Source: Klebsormidium nitens
Taxonomy: Eukaryota; Plantae; Klebsormidiophyceae
Assembly: GCA_000708835.1 (NCBI GenBank)
Contig: DF237279.1
Location: 37,856 to 101,855, forward strand
Direction of reading: 5' to 3'
DNA: 64,000 nt
The notes beneath the pieces are model-generated. The model did no database searches. It was not told the DNA's origin and saw nothing but the letters and a program-made list of their open reading frames with translations. A program made the translations under genes and the position numbers. This document shows positions 43,881-57,997 of this stretch, one piece after another. Position 1 is the first letter of the stretch; the number at the start of each line of letters is the position of its first letter.

Positions 43881-46800
43881 TCACATAGCAAATTGGGGGG
43901 GTAGTGCTTGTGGCGATGGATCCATTACGTTCGTCCATGTCACCCACTTAATAACCCAGACTCCGTCTGGCTTGGCCCAGAGAGTCGTCTGGTAGCCTGC
44001 TTGTATGGTCAGAACATCCTGGGAAGCAGTAAGGAGCGAGGAAGCGTCAGCAGTGAAAGAGGACTAGTTACGCACTGAAATGGTTGGACAGACGAAAGGG
44101 AGGGGATGCTATTGCCTCGTTGCTAAAAAAAGACTCACAGGGTGTATTGAAGAGAAATTTAAGACACCCACAATTCGACCCTGGGAACCCAAAAAGGACA
44201 TGCTAAATGCAGCAAGCTGACCAGAGTTGTTCGTCAATGTCAAACATGACGGCAAAGGAACGGTTCTGAGATAGACAACGGGGCGGTCCCAACGGATCTA
44301 CCTGGGTGGTCACGTTGAGCGTCGAGAAGCTGTCCCGTACGAATGCGTTTCCGCACAAGCCCTCCTCACCCTCTGGAACCACCGCCTCCTAAGAGAATGA
44401 TCCCAAGAAGTGGTTTCAGTGACTTGGGTCAAACTCTTGCATATTTCACTTGCTGAGTTGGTTGGTTCCCTTACTTTGCACGTCGTTGAGTCAATCGATT
44501 GGGCCAGTTGGTTATCACATTCCTTAAAAAAGCTGGTAAATCGGAGGTCAGTCAACATGGGCCAACAATTGACTCAGATGCTTATTCTAGATGGCCATGT
44601 CACTTCCGTCATACTCCAAGCTCTACTGGTAAAGGGAGGCCTTTAGGATGGCCGCAGAAGGTCGCTCCGGTCAAATTCCCGTGCAACCTTGAAGGAATTT
44701 ACAAGCATCCGGATCCGCAACTTACATTCGAAAAAAGGTATCAGAGGCCCTCAGAGAGAACATGCACTGAGTGAAGGTCGCTTGCCCCATTATGAACGAC
44801 GTATAAGTGACTCGAGCTGAGCATTCTGATGAGTCATTTCAACTGCATTTGGGCCCCTAGGCGAAACTAAATCCACCTTAAATCGAAGTACCTTTTCTGT
44901 TATTCTCAAGACGGGTGAAAGGATCGGTCTTGGCACTTACAGGGCTGACCGAATCCTGTTTGACCTGCACTCCTTGGATGGTTCCTACCTACGGTCGCGG
45001 CGTTAAGTAGTACTCAAAGTAACCAGGTCCTAGATGCCCCTTCCAGAGAAACCCAGCAAAGAGGAAGCACTTTCAGCCACACTTTCTATGTAAATATCCA
45101 TGTTTGAAGCCCCAATAAAACGCGAATGGATGGAAAGACCGAAGAACAGAGATCCGGATCTAGCAGATACATAAGAGCAATCACAGAGCCACCCTTACTT
45201 GCACGTTGTAAATCGTCGTGCAATTGCAGATCTCCTTCATGCGCTTGATGCACAGCTCCTCGAACTTAGGGTGCGTCTTGCCCTTGAACATGTCGTGCCC
45301 GGGGGGCATTACCACCACATCCTGGAGGGGGGGGAAAGCATTATTTGTCATTTGTTAGATTTCAGAATGTGATACTTAACCCGCTGGATTCTCACACTTG
45401 CTTGACAGGGCCATGGAAGGAAAGAAGGAAATCTTCTGAGGGTCATCAGGGAGCGAGACGAATCAGAGAAGGGGTTCGTGAAAGGGAGGGCAATCACTGA
45501 AAGGAAGGCAGTCAGGGGAGGCTTGAGGGGGCAGATATTTCCACAGCCCGTAACACCGCAAGGACAACGTATTACACTGGATTCTTGTGCTTTGAGTGAC
45601 CTTGATTGAAAAGGGGGTAAGACAAGTAGAATCAGACAGGAGATGGAAAAGTGGCGAGAAAATCAAGTTGGTGGAAAAATGAGGCACTTCAGGCAAGCTA
45701 AGGTCTGCGCGGATGCCGCTGTTCATAAGGACGTCCCGAAGATTGGAATCACAATCAGGTGAAATGAACAGCAACGCTGTTGTATGTGTTACATGCTAAA
45801 AGTACACCGATCCAAAGGTGTGGAGTGTCATTTCTTGCTGGTAAAGGTAAAACTGATCAAAGAAGGTCACTCCATCTTCAGAATATTGTGACAGAAGGAA
45901 TGCGCCTTCATACACTCCGATCCAGAGCAAATCTATTCAAACTCTTCAGAGTGGATCCGAACATGCAAAGGCTAACAGAGCAGGCAGACTATCTGTGGGG
46001 CTGGTGCTCTAGTGAACCCAGGTTATACGAAACGTCTCAAGCCTCCCAAACTATCCCATTAACCGAATGCAGACCAGTTGCTTCAAGTCGCCAGGATTCG
46101 TTGGACAGGAACTAGTATGCGCTTCATGCGTGACCAAGTTTTTGAACCTATGCCAAATGCCAGCGTTTAACTCAAAGCTAGGCTCCCCTGACCTGTCAAT
46201 ATCATCCTTCCTTCAGGAAACAGAAAGTGATGGACTGTTTGTTGCAGAGTATGCTTGCTGCTTTTGAAGCAGAGGGTTTTGCTTAACAGGCAATACTGCA
46301 AGTTTCCTTGTGCATAAGAGGCACCAACAAATCTACTGCAACGGACAGGAGGCCATCTACTATCGAATGCCATAACTCAAAGCTGCATTGCTGCAAAGGA
46401 TTACGCTGCGAACGTGCTCCGCACCGCTTGGATGACAGCATTGTCATGGCATACACAGAATCTCATGTAGTCACTCTAAGAAGTTACAGTGCCAGGAGAT
46501 GGCATTGCCTGCATCTGCGCGTATCTGCAGGCTCCATATGCCAGGCCGACTGAAACCCGATCCTTCCCAAAAACATGACACAGATTCGTTTCCAATCCTT
46601 TGACAAACAAACAGAGCACATTGCATGAAGCCATGCTGAAACAAAGCTGGTGAACGTGTTCTATTCTAACAACTGCAATGCTAAGAAATGAAAGCCTTGT
46701 ACAGAGACAGGAACCTTCCACCTTGGATGAAGTCAGACAGATAATTCCCACAGCAAACTCTAAAATTCTGTTCCTTGGTATACATTCCTTGGCAGAATCT

Positions 46801-47413
46801 GATGCAATGTGGCAAAAATCTGCATTCACGCAAGTGCTTTTGGACAGAAGGCAGGCTGCCACATTGTAGCATCCGGAGAAATACGAACCTGCTCCCATCC
46901 TCAGAATCGATAATTGCTATTGCCGCATGGAAAGATCTACCAACCTTGCGGTAAAGAGGCACTTACCACATATCTACAATCGCTTTGCATACGGACATCC
47001 AGCAACATATCTCAGCTCCTATCTCAGCCCTCAAGAAAGATTCAAATAGATTCGCTGTCCTTTGCATGCTTCACCGATTGATCCAAACGCAGAAAAAAAT
47101 GCTGCACATTCCTATCTATCCAAAAAGACATTCACAAAAGATCTTCTGCTGCGCTGCACTTTACCTCGGCATACAGGCGGAGTACTGCCTCCAGGTCGTT
47201 GTTGGCATAGGCCGAGGAGAGGGCGTTCAGGCGGCTCTGTATCTGATCATGCACAATCACCGACTTGCAGTCAGGCACGGGGCTCACCCCCACCGCTTCC
47301 TGAGCTCCTTCAGACAGAGTCGAGGCAGAACCCGGCTTATCAAAAGCTGCCACACTGGCAAAAGCGCATGCGACAATCAGAGCTAAGAGTGCAGCACACC
47401 AGGCCCTCGCCAT
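43881..47413 (-). CDS. Secreted NTF2/SnoaL-like (DUF4440-type) protein, 4 exons, 198 aa
   Basis: Exons 47413-47165, 45321-45199, 44388-44302, 44018-43881, all phase 0 GT-AG. Signal peptide MARAWCAALLALIVACAFASVAA. Splicing creates the pattern AYANNDLEAVLRLYAE|DVVVMPPG, and the C-terminal WAKPDGVWVI strand is typical of this fold. Confidence 0.72.
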
Positions 47414-48223
47414 GCTGCGTTCGCTCCGAGTGGAGGAGCCTTTTGCTAGGGAGATCTGGTCCCCGAAATCTCCACTTGAAGCTCCATTGTGGAAGAGCTC
47501 AGATGCAAAAAAAGTGCGCCTGCGCCAGGGAGGCGCCCTGACTGAGCTCAAAAGTGAATCCTCCTTTGCTCAACTTCCTCAGGCTCTAGGAGTAGTACCG
47601 TGGTAGACTAGATAGCTTCCCAAAGGGCACTAGCTAGACTGACCTGAATGAAAACCCTAATCGGGTTATCAGCAAACCTGAACCAGCTTTGTCTATAGGC
47701 AATCTTCAGCTTTCGAGCATCGCAATAGCTAACCCGGATTTGATAACCAGCCCTTCCTTCTAATTGCGGAGCGTTTCGCTGATTCCCATCATTCCCCGAC
47801 AAACGTGCCGGTGCAGAAAACCAGGCAGCTTATCAACCGTCCGATGGAACCAAAGTGGTCAATCTACTGGCGCAGAATGAGAACCACGAGCACTGGCTTC
47901 TGACACTGTCAGATCGTGTGTCAAACATGGACATCATTTGACGTTCAAGCTTCAGATTCCAAAAGTGGGCAACCCCGCCAGCGTGGATGCCAGCATGGCA
48001 ACCCACACTTTCGAAACCCGTCTTTAACCATGGGTAAAGTAAGTGGTTAAGGTAGGCCCTTCCTTAACCCTCCTGTCCGCAGGGCAGCCGCGCTGCAGCT
48101 CTGCTTCCAGCTCTGTTCAGATTCTACCTGGCCAGCCAATTTTCCGCTTTGCCTTCTCAGTCTGCTTCTGCTACAGGCGCCAGCTGCTTCTGTATGCACT
48201 CTCTGCCTGGTTTACACTGAGTT

Positions 48224-50894
48224 ATGGCGCCAAACAACCCCACAATTGCCCTGGGTAAGGAAGGTCTGAAAGCTTCAAAGCTCGGGTTTGGATGCATGGG
48301 CATGAGCTGGGCCTATGGGCCACCACCTGCGGAGGAACAGTCTCTTGCTGTGCTACAGAAGGCTGTTGATTCTGGCATTACGCTTTTCAACTCAGCCGAC
48401 TTCTATGGGAAGGATGGTCACAACGAGAAGCTGCTTGGAAAGGCGTTCGCTCACCAGAGGGAGAAGGTGGGACTACCATGTGATTGCATGTTGGTGTCTT
48501 CAATACTTCTATAATACTTCCAACACAAACTGCTGCCTTTAGGTGGCTATTGCATATGGTGGTGCTCTGAGGCGATCTTTGTATTCAGACGGGTGGCACT
48601 ATCAAATACACTTTCTGGCACAAGATTTCTTCCTGAAGTCAGGTCAAATGGTGGTGCTATCTTTCTCTGGGAGTGCCATCTGTGTCACTCTTTGTCAACA
48701 TCTGCTGCGCTTGCTGGAATCAGGCTTGCAGCATAACCTGTTGCGCCAGGAGACTGAATTGAGCTAAGATCTTATGTGGTTTCCATTATTGTCTTGATCA
48801 GTCTCAAGTGATGGAGCCAACTTCTATCCATGCATCTGACACAAGTGGACTTCCAACCTGTGCACTTGGTGGTTGTTTTCTATTAGACAAAATGTTCCGC
48901 TTTGCTCGTTGATCTTCCACCTCCTTCACTTCTTCTTGGGACTGTCCAGGATGCAGCAGTGACTGGTTTAGGACTCACGTCATGATGCCTGTACATTCCA
49001 GGTCGTGTTGGCTGTGAAATTCGGTGCTATCTTGAGCGAACATGGCCTGCAGCTCCAAGCAGACCCAGATTTTGTCAGGGCTTCCTGCGAGGCTTCTTTG
49101 AAGCGACTCGGCACAGAGTACATAGATCTGTATATTCTGGCGCGTACTGATGAGAAAGTCCCAATTGAAACTACGGTGAGAGGCCTTCCCCTCTTTTGTT
49201 CAATCTTGCTTAGAGTTGTGACCAGATTACGCAGCACGGTCACATCAAATAGACAGACTTAGACACCCCTGAGGCACTTTTCGAAGTTGCAGAAATTGGT
49301 GTTGTTGTGCATAGCGACTTGCTTCAATTTGGGTGATGCATGAGCTAACAAAGGTTCTGCAAGGCTCAACACGACGTTTGAAAGACCTAAACTTGATCTG
49401 CTGTCCTTTCGTGCACCAATTGCCAATGGCATCGTAGGTCTGATAGCAGTTCGTCTACTGCCATTGCAACTGACCAGCCTTTCAGAAGACCAGACCTTCA
49501 GCTAGCAATGGGTTTCCACCCCTGAGCAGGTGAAAGCCATGGTTGAGTTGAAAGACGAGGGCAAGATCAAGCACCTGGGCCTGTCAGAAGTGAGCGCCGC
49601 GACCATCCGACGAGCTCACAAGGTGCACCCAATCACAGCGATCGAGCTCGAGTGGTCGCTTTGGGAGCGGTCTGTGGAGGCAGAGATTATTCCCACTTGC
49701 AGGTAGGTGCGAATTGGGGGCTCCTTGAATGAATACAGAAGGTCTTGTTCTACATCGTTCGTGAACAGTTCGTATGAGCCAGTGGAGAAGCATGCCGCGC
49801 GCAGGTGAGGTTTCCTTGAGTTGGTTTAACCAGCGTTCTGGTGAATTCGTAGGCTCAGCTTTCGAGGAAACGCTGGTATGCTTTTTGGGATTGGGCCTAT
49901 GTCTCGGTGGCATGCGGTCATCTGGCGGGGATTTTTTGTTAAGCGTAAGACGCAATATTCCAGTTTGGGATTCAGGTAGTATGTTTCTCTCCGCATTTAC
50001 CTTCCAGCCTGTTTCTCCGAAATCAATATAAGGCCAAGTTAACAGGACGGGCTGGTTACCTCATTGTTAATTGTTGAGGACACACGCAGAACCGCATTTA
50101 TTGCAGGGAGCTCGGAATCGGCATCATTGCCTACAGTCCCCTCGGCCGCGGCTTCTTCTCCGACAAGCCAAGCGCCATCGGGCCAGGCGACTTCAGGGCC
50201 ATCACACCGCGTTTCAACTCTGAGAACCTGGAGAAGAATCGGCAGCTGTTGGAGAACGTGAAGAAGATTGCGGAGCGGAAGGGCGCGACGACCAGCCAGC
50301 TGGCGCTGGCGTGGGTTCTCTCACGTGGGGATGACGTCGTGCCGATTCCGGGGACTACGGTGCGTCCTTAACGCAGGCGACGGTGCTGCTCTCGCCAGGA
50401 GTCTCGCAAAGTTTGTTGGAGGCTTCAAGTCAAAAACCTCGAAAACTGGTCGACACAACACGACTGTGCAACGCTCTGCTGAAGGAAAGTATCGAAAGCG
50501 GCAACCCTCAAGGAGTCCCCGTAATTCGGGGTTCCACTGGAGCGCTGCCAGAATCCACCGTTCGACTTTTCACTGGCAAAACAATCCCGTTCTTGAAAAC
50601 GGATGTAGTGAGGCCCGACTAACCACACTACCAATCTATAGTGGATGCAAGAATGCTCGACTTGTACCCGTTCCGGAAGGGAAATTTTCTGATTTCTGCT
50701 CTCTCCTCTACCTGTTCCAGAAATTGGCTAACCTCGAGAGCAACTTGGGCGCACTGGACATCAAGCTTTCCCCAGAGGAGATTAAAGAGTTGGAAGACGC
50801 AGTTCCCGCTCACCTTGTACACGGGATTCGTTACCCAGAGCACGCGTTGAAGGCGACTCACGAGTTCGAGAAGACACCAGAACTCGACGGGTAA
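48224..50894 (+). CDS. Aldo-keto reductase (plant auxin-induced AKR / AKR13-like), 5 exons, 338 aa
   Basis: Exons 48224-48466, 49002-49175, 49530-49702, 50107-50359, 50721-50894. Motifs [62 protein letters not shown]. Confidence 0.92.
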
Positions 50895-52371
50895 CATCAC
50901 AAGGATTCAATGTGGGACAAGGATAAAGATAAGCATGCTTGCGGCTCCTCGCTTGGGAATAGACATCGTCCAGGTTCTGTAAGTTATTCTTGTTTGCTGC
51001 TTCGTCAAAGCTAGGCGCGCTCGTCAAAGTTTTGTGGCGGGTCCGTGGTCTTATAGACTGGCGACGTGCCCACTTGCTTGCTGTTGCTAGGTAGCTCGAT
51101 CAAACTGCACGCAGCACGCTTAACATAGATCGACGGATGCATATAAAGACGATCTCGAGCCCGGTCGTTCAGACGGTGTCATGAATGATTTGCTGACGGC
51201 CCGGCCAGCCGGCATGTGACGAGTAGAGGCTTGCCTAAGGTACGTTGACGCATCACCGATTGAATCTCGAACTTGAAGCAACAAACCTCTCAATTATCTG
51301 TGGACTCAGCCACGTAGTGTGAATTGATATGATGCAGGCAGTGTGTTGTGCTCTCAGTACGTGCAAATGTGATTGTATCTGATATTGCAGATGATCAGTG
51401 ATATACGGGTACCGCGTGATCATTGTTAAGTTTTTCGGATTACGAATTGTCGTTGCACCTGTGCATTCCGTCGAATATATGCCAGATCCAATGACTCAAA
51501 ACCTTATAGAACTTGATCGAGAATATAACGTACGCTATACTTGTCATAAGTATACGGACAGATGATGCATGAAAGACTGCATTGAGGCTTGGCTTGCACC
51601 ATGGGCATGCCCATAAAGTACGACGGTCGAATTATTAGTATCGCGCGCGGTCTCAGTGCCTGGTCGCCCGCATGCCAGGATGGTCAGTACGATTGCCAAC
51701 CGGCGGTCAGCTGAATACTGTATACGCGTCATGCACATGTGCATGCCAGTACGTGTCGGACTGGCTCGATCCATACCCGCATGACCTGCCGCAGTGCGCG
51801 CCGCACGTGCAGCTATATCTCATGGTCACGTGTCTTGAAACTTCTTGAACAGATTGGTGTTGCACGTAAGGTCACTTGATTCAATTGGTGCGTGCTTAAT
51901 GATACGTTGAGCACACGACTGTCGGTCTTGCGGCCGGACCGGCCCGCGCCGCTGGGGCCGAAGCACCATCCGCACCAACACTGGAATACCAAAGAACTCA
52001 TAACATATGATCATATATGCCCTCATAATTAAGTTGACGAATTGCCGCCAGGTCGGACGGTCGCGACAGCGCCGTGGAGCACCACAATTAAGTAGCTGCC
52101 CGGCCATGACGAATGTCCATATCGTCGACGTATCATAACTGGGTCGCTGCGTCACATGAGGACTCAGCTGGTCGAGCGGGAGCTGCCCATCCAATGTCGA
52201 TAAGCTCGTGGTAATTTTGCGCTGCGGTGAGCAATTTCCGGTGAAAATGTGCAGGCGGCTGTTGGATCTTTGTCAAACGTCAGTTTGGATGTTCCCAATG
52301 TATGACCAACTTCGAATCGAGTTGGTAACGAATGAATAGCTGCGAGCGGGAACTCTGCAAAAATGTAGACT

Positions 52372-55300
52372 CTACCTGAAGTCTGAGCTAGCCCCACTGT
52401 CCGACCGGCTCAATTGCGACCGAAGTCCGGCCGCTTCGTGCAACGGAGTGTTTGGCAACGTCACGTATGGCATCTGCGGGGGTCTTGTCGCCGCTTCCGT
52501 TTGCGGCGCTCCTCCGAATCCGTCCAGAATTCCGTCCACTTCCGGAATCGCGCCTCCTCCATATCTTTCAAAGCCTAGCATTCTGTTATCCAGGTGTCCC
52601 TGGATTTTCGCTAGCACCTCCTCATAATCGTGGCTTTCTAAGCCGTCTGGTTCCTGAACACTAGCGGGGTCTTGGGGCCCGCCATACATAAGGCTCTCCC
52701 AAACGGTGTCATCCTCCAACGGTGAATACAGAGCCCCGTGCTGCAACTCGGGATTGGAGCTGGGAACTATTCCGGTTTCCTCGGCCGCTTCGATGTGCTC
52801 CTCTTCGCGAGTTCCGCTAGGGGTTCCGCCAACAGCCGCATCCTTCACATCGCCCCCATGCTCCGAATCGCTTTCCGTTTTCCGGTCTCCGTTCCACAGC
52901 GGAGCATCCCCTTCCGACGACGTCCGTAAATGCGTCGCTCTAGCGCCCCCCGATCGACTCAAAGCGAGACTCCCGCTCGCAGACAAACTGTCCGCAAACT
53001 CTTTGGGGGGGCGCGCTTCGGCCCCAGAGACACTCGGAAAGCCCCCCCAGATCGCGAGGCTGTCCACGTGGGCCCTTTCCGTCGGAGACTCCTCCCGTTC
53101 CGCTGCGAAAAAGTCGTTCCGCTGCCCCGGAATGGTAAGCTTCCAGCTGCCCTCGTTCCTGTTCCGCCCCAACTTAGAACCGCTTCCGTTTGACGTCTCC
53201 GCACTTCTCGACCCCCGGGATTCTCTAGAGGTGCCCGGGACGTCGTGATAGTCTGGGGCGATGCTAACCGGATCCCAACGACCGCTGCTCGTCGCTAACG
53301 AGCCGTGCCCGGGGAAAGCGGCCGGCGGATTTGCCGGCAGCAGCGAGTCGACCTGCTTCGCTAGCCCGTCCACCTGCGAAGTGCCACGTGGCGTGATTTG
53401 ACCAGTGAACTTGCAGTAAATATTTCTTGTTTACTTCAGCCCTTTGCAGCGTAGCCGGTGATGGATAAATGGAAGATTCACGAGACGGTCCAGCCGTCAC
53501 ACACAGGAAGCTTAAAACGATTCGAAGGAGCTCCCAGCAACCCATGAAAAGTCCGTATCGAGGCCGGACAATCAGATATCTGCCAGAGACGTAGAAGTCT
53601 CGCGCTTTTCTGCAATTGGCCGGTTCAGTATACGCTCTCTGCTTCGTGAAGAGCAACGGGCTTTCGTGATTGACACCCCTCTCAATCTTCCTTGCGTGAA
53701 GGAAACGGTCGCAGTTGCAACTGGGGCAGCCTTACGGATTTCCAGATTATTCACAACGTTGTCCTGTGAGTTGTTCGGTTTTTCGCGGGCGTACCTTCCG
53801 CTCGAGCGCGCTCTGCCGGGCCTCCCGCTCCTCCGCGATGCGCGCCATCTCTGCACTGAACGTCTGCCAAGCGCGCCACGCGGCGGACTCGAGCGACATT
53901 CTGCGGCCAGTGACGCAATCACAACGTCAGCTTTATATACGTCACAGCGTCAGCCTTACATTTGTCAGAGCGTCAGACTTACAGACACGTCAAAGCGTTC
54001 GCCTTGATCACGCCTTTGCGTCGGTTGTATGTTCGTCAGAGCGTCAGCCAATTGTCACACACCGTGTAAGCCTTACTTGTACCACAGCGTCAGGTCATCG
54101 TTAATGCTAGCGAGGTTTTGTGCTCTCCAGTCCTGCAGCCTATTAACGATTATGCGAAAAGGGGACATTTGCATGCGCTAAGCAGTTTTACCCAAACTGA
54201 ACGTCTGCCACGCGCGCGCGCGGCGACTCAAGCGACCTCCCGAGGGCAGCCCAGTATATCGTTTAGTTTCCAACGCAGCGATGCCGTTTTTGAATGACAA
54301 ATTTCGATGACCCACATTCTGATCAGACCAAGGAGGTAGTACTGGAAGTGTGCAGAAAATTCACGTGCTTCCTCAGCAACCCTTGTTTCGTACCGGGAAC
54401 CTTTGCAGTAGATGTTTCGTTTCTGACGGCATCCTTCAAAGGGCACCCATTCCCGATTCAAAACGTGGTACAATAATCCTCGAGTCAAACATTACAGCCA
54501 ACAGGACGATATTAGCTTTCTGCTTTTTGGCCCCCTTCTCCGATATAATCCTCTCAAAAGGCTTGTGCAGTGATTGTGCGCCAGCGAACGGTCACACAAG
54601 CGCAGAAGTCAGTCGCTGTTTCAAAAAGCTCACGGAGAGAACAACCCATGTCGATACTTCCAAGGACCGACAGCCAAGGCGGAGTTTGCGGCGCGATTGC
54701 GCAGATGAGCTCATGTAGTAGCTTAAAAGTCTTTGTGGTCAATAATGACGAATTGCTTTCAGTCAAAACAAGTCTCCGAAAGGGACTGCTTATGTCGTCT
54801 GAGCAACTGTCACCATCGACCTTGCATTTAAAGAAGTCGACTGACGGACTGACTGAAAAGTGTGGACTCACTTAGAGTACCTCGGACCAATGTCTGGAAG
54901 GACAAATCCAACTGCGGGCAGGAAGCTTTAGACGGCGACCTCAGATCGTGACGTACGCAAAAGCGGACAAGGAAAAAGACTAGTCCGATAATACTGTCTG
55001 GGGACCGTGTCAAGCCAAATGCTGAGCGGGAATTTCGTGTCAAGCAGACAGGTGGCCGATCGTTGAGAAGACATACTATTGTGAGGGGTGATCAGTATTT
55101 TCGTATGCGCCCCGTTTGGGGCTTTCGCGTGTTTGCAAAGCACCCCGTGTTGGCTGAAGTATAAGAAAGAAAAAGGAATACAGACCTTGATGCTCAAGGC
55201 TTAGTCCCTCAGCATACGTTCCAAAATCCGGGAATTCCTTTTTTGCCAACCTGCTGAATGCTCAACCGGACACACAATATTTCTGCGCCTCACTTTTCTC

Positions 55301-56528
55301 TAGATATCATTCTCCAAAGCTCCGTCTTAGAACCTCATTATTTGCCGGTCAAGACCGTGGGTCTAAGGCCGCGCAATCAAGGATAAAAGAAGAGAATGGA
55401 AGGAGCGAGAGAGAACTTAGGAAACCTAGCTCTTTACCCTTCAAAAACCTCCCCTGCCCGTCTGCTCTCCGAAACCCGCCCTGATTGCAGCAATGTCTTC
55501 AATCTGTGTCTTTCATAAGGCCGTGCCAGTGGAGCAAAAAATAGACTTTGTGCGCTAGTCGGAAAGCTGGAGTATCCTAGGTTGGAGAAAGAGAATGGAA
55601 GGAGTGAAAGCGAACTGACGTTTAAAGTCGCTCTTACCCTTCGAAAACCTCCCCCGCCCGTCTGCCCCCCGCACTCCGCCCGGGGGACCGTCTCGGCGAC
55701 AACCGCTCCTGCCACTCCTGGGCGCCACTTGTCCCCGCCGTTTCGTTGCCACGTGGCCTCGTCTCATTTGCCCCCATTCGTCCATCGTCTGGCTCTCCTA
55801 CGGACGATTTGCGTAGCCGGCTTTTGGCGGGGCTGCGCGCCGGTCTCTGTCCCTGAAGCTGTCGCTCGAGGCTCGCCAGCTGTCGACTCGGCACACGCCA
55901 GATTTAGTGGCAAAGGGGACTGTGCTTGTTTGTGGTACACGTTTGGAGGAGAAGGAAGACAGTGGCGAACAGCATAGACCGCATAGACACTTCTTAGAAG
56001 AGCTGATAAGCGACCCCTGACCTTCTTCTAGAATGCCCCACACCCCGTTGATCAAAGTCCCAGATATTCCGGAACACTCTTATCAAGCCAGCTTTTAAAA
56101 GATCTCTTTAGTTTCGATTTGTGGAAGTCAACCTTCACCTAAAACTCGGAGAATCAGAGCCTTGTCAAAACTCAGACAACAGCTCCGAGTGGTTTGGAGG
56201 CGCTTGCCCCTGGAGACTTCTTTGCTACACAGGGTTTGCGCCTTGTTCGAGGCAAGAAAACGTCAACTAAGAAGACATCCCAAAAGATCGTTGAGGATCA
56301 CTAGTCGACATTTCGCGATTGAAAAGTGTCAACAACTTTCCTTGACCAAATAAAGAATGTTTTGAAGCATACCCTGGCTTCCAAAGATGCCACGCTGCGT
56401 TGCGCCGCTTTCCTCGCCCCCCGCTCCGCACTCAAGCTGCCCCTGAGCCACTGTACAAGATGCCGCCCCTCGCCGCCCTCAGAGTCCGTGAAGCTGCCCA
56501 GCTGCGGCGGGGGGGTCTCTTCCGCCAT
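52372..56528 (-). CDS. Multi-exon hypothetical low-complexity protein with a possible N-terminal coiled coil; model incomplete
   Basis: ATG exon 56528-56373 (MAEETPP...SVASLEAR|GT), candidate exons ~55879-55639, ~53900-53730 and 53373-52372 (333-codon ORF after a CAG acceptor). Phases could not all be reconciled. Confidence 0.4.
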
Positions 56529-57997
56529 CTAGAGGGAGGGGGGGGGGGGGACTCATGACCAATTTCGGGAAATTTTGGTCACATCTAGTAGCTGGGACAT
56601 CAAGGATCCATGAAGGGGTTCGGAAAATGGCGTTAGGGACGAAGGAAAGATGGGTGAGACCGGACGACAGATTATTTTACTATTCATTGTGGGTTTGTAT
56701 GAGCATTGAAGAATCTTTGTAAAGAGTACAGAGGAGATGGAAAGTCCAGCTCATGCTTTTGAAACTCCGCTAAGTCGCCCTGGCCAAGATCTGATTGAGC
56801 ATCTCGGAGATTTTGGGCCTAAAGCGAGTCTTACTTAGCGGGGAATTGAGTGCACCGTCAGGACAGGACGTAAAGTGTGCTCTCGCAAGAGGAGGGTAAG
56901 AATGAACCCCCCTATTCCGGATGACCATGGGTTTATGCAACGGGTCAAAAGAAAACCTGCAGTTTGTCATCAAAAGAATGTCACGTGTGGGGGCAAAGGG
57001 GAAGAAATGGTGAGGAGGCGCCTCCATAACAGCTGGCCGATCTGCCACAGCCGATGGTCAAACTTCACGGACTAATCCCAGCAGCTGATGCTCAACGGGG
57101 CAAAAGATAACAAGTGCCCCTCCGAGAGGTTTGACGAGACCCTAATGTGGCGCCGACTTCTTGCGCAAGCGCTACGCTCATATGAGTATGGCAAGAATGT
57201 TCTTATTGACTGGAGATTCTTGCTGGTAGACCATTGTGAAACAATTGAAAACCATACTTTCAACTTGTGCTCAAATGCATAGCCAGAATCTATGGTGAGT
57301 GCTTTCATCAGAGACCGATACGAGAAATTTACTCGGGTTCTAATCACCAAATGGACAGTATTTTCAGAGGAATCTCCAGCCGAACAAAAGCGTCAACAAC
57401 TATGAGAACTGGCGAGTCCACATTGCAGCAAGACGACCATGACACAAGAAACGTGGCTGAAAGAAACTACATCGCAACCTCACCACGTGGCGAAAAGCCC
57501 AAACCGTCGAAGCTTTCACCGCCCGTATTGTCCAAAATGTTCAATGCTATCGGCGCGCACTGCCGCCCCTTAAGGACAATAACTGAACAATACAATCAAG
57601 CACCCAAGATGCACTTCGGCAATTAAAACCATACACATTCTCTCCAAAGCTCTTTTCAGTTGCAAACTGTTGTTGAAAGAACTACAGGTGACATGGCCCC
57701 GGATCAGGTTCAGAGCCCCGATGTAGTGCAGGGTCCCAAATGTTTCCAGCAGTTTACAAGTGCAATGCTGCCCCGATTAGAATTCAAAAGTTAGTCACTA
57801 GAAGCCCCCAAGATATCGAATACTGGTCCTGATTCCTGGCGAAAAGCTCCTAGCAATTTATGTACAAAAGGGCTCTCAGCAATCGTTTCACCTTGCCGCT
57901 TTTTGCAAGAACCATAATTGAGCAAGTAGGAGCTCTGCTATCCTAGTGCTTCCTTCATGAGACTTTGAAACTTCAAGTGAAATCGAGATACCTACCC

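Noticed and set aside
45322-47164. Transposon or nested gene in the long NTF2-like intron
   Set aside because: Short ORFs in several frames with no recognisable domain or terminal repeats.
56600-57950. Plus-strand gene disrupted by the DIRS insertion
   Set aside because: Short ORFs (for example 57267-57626) could not be joined into a coherent model and show no known motif.
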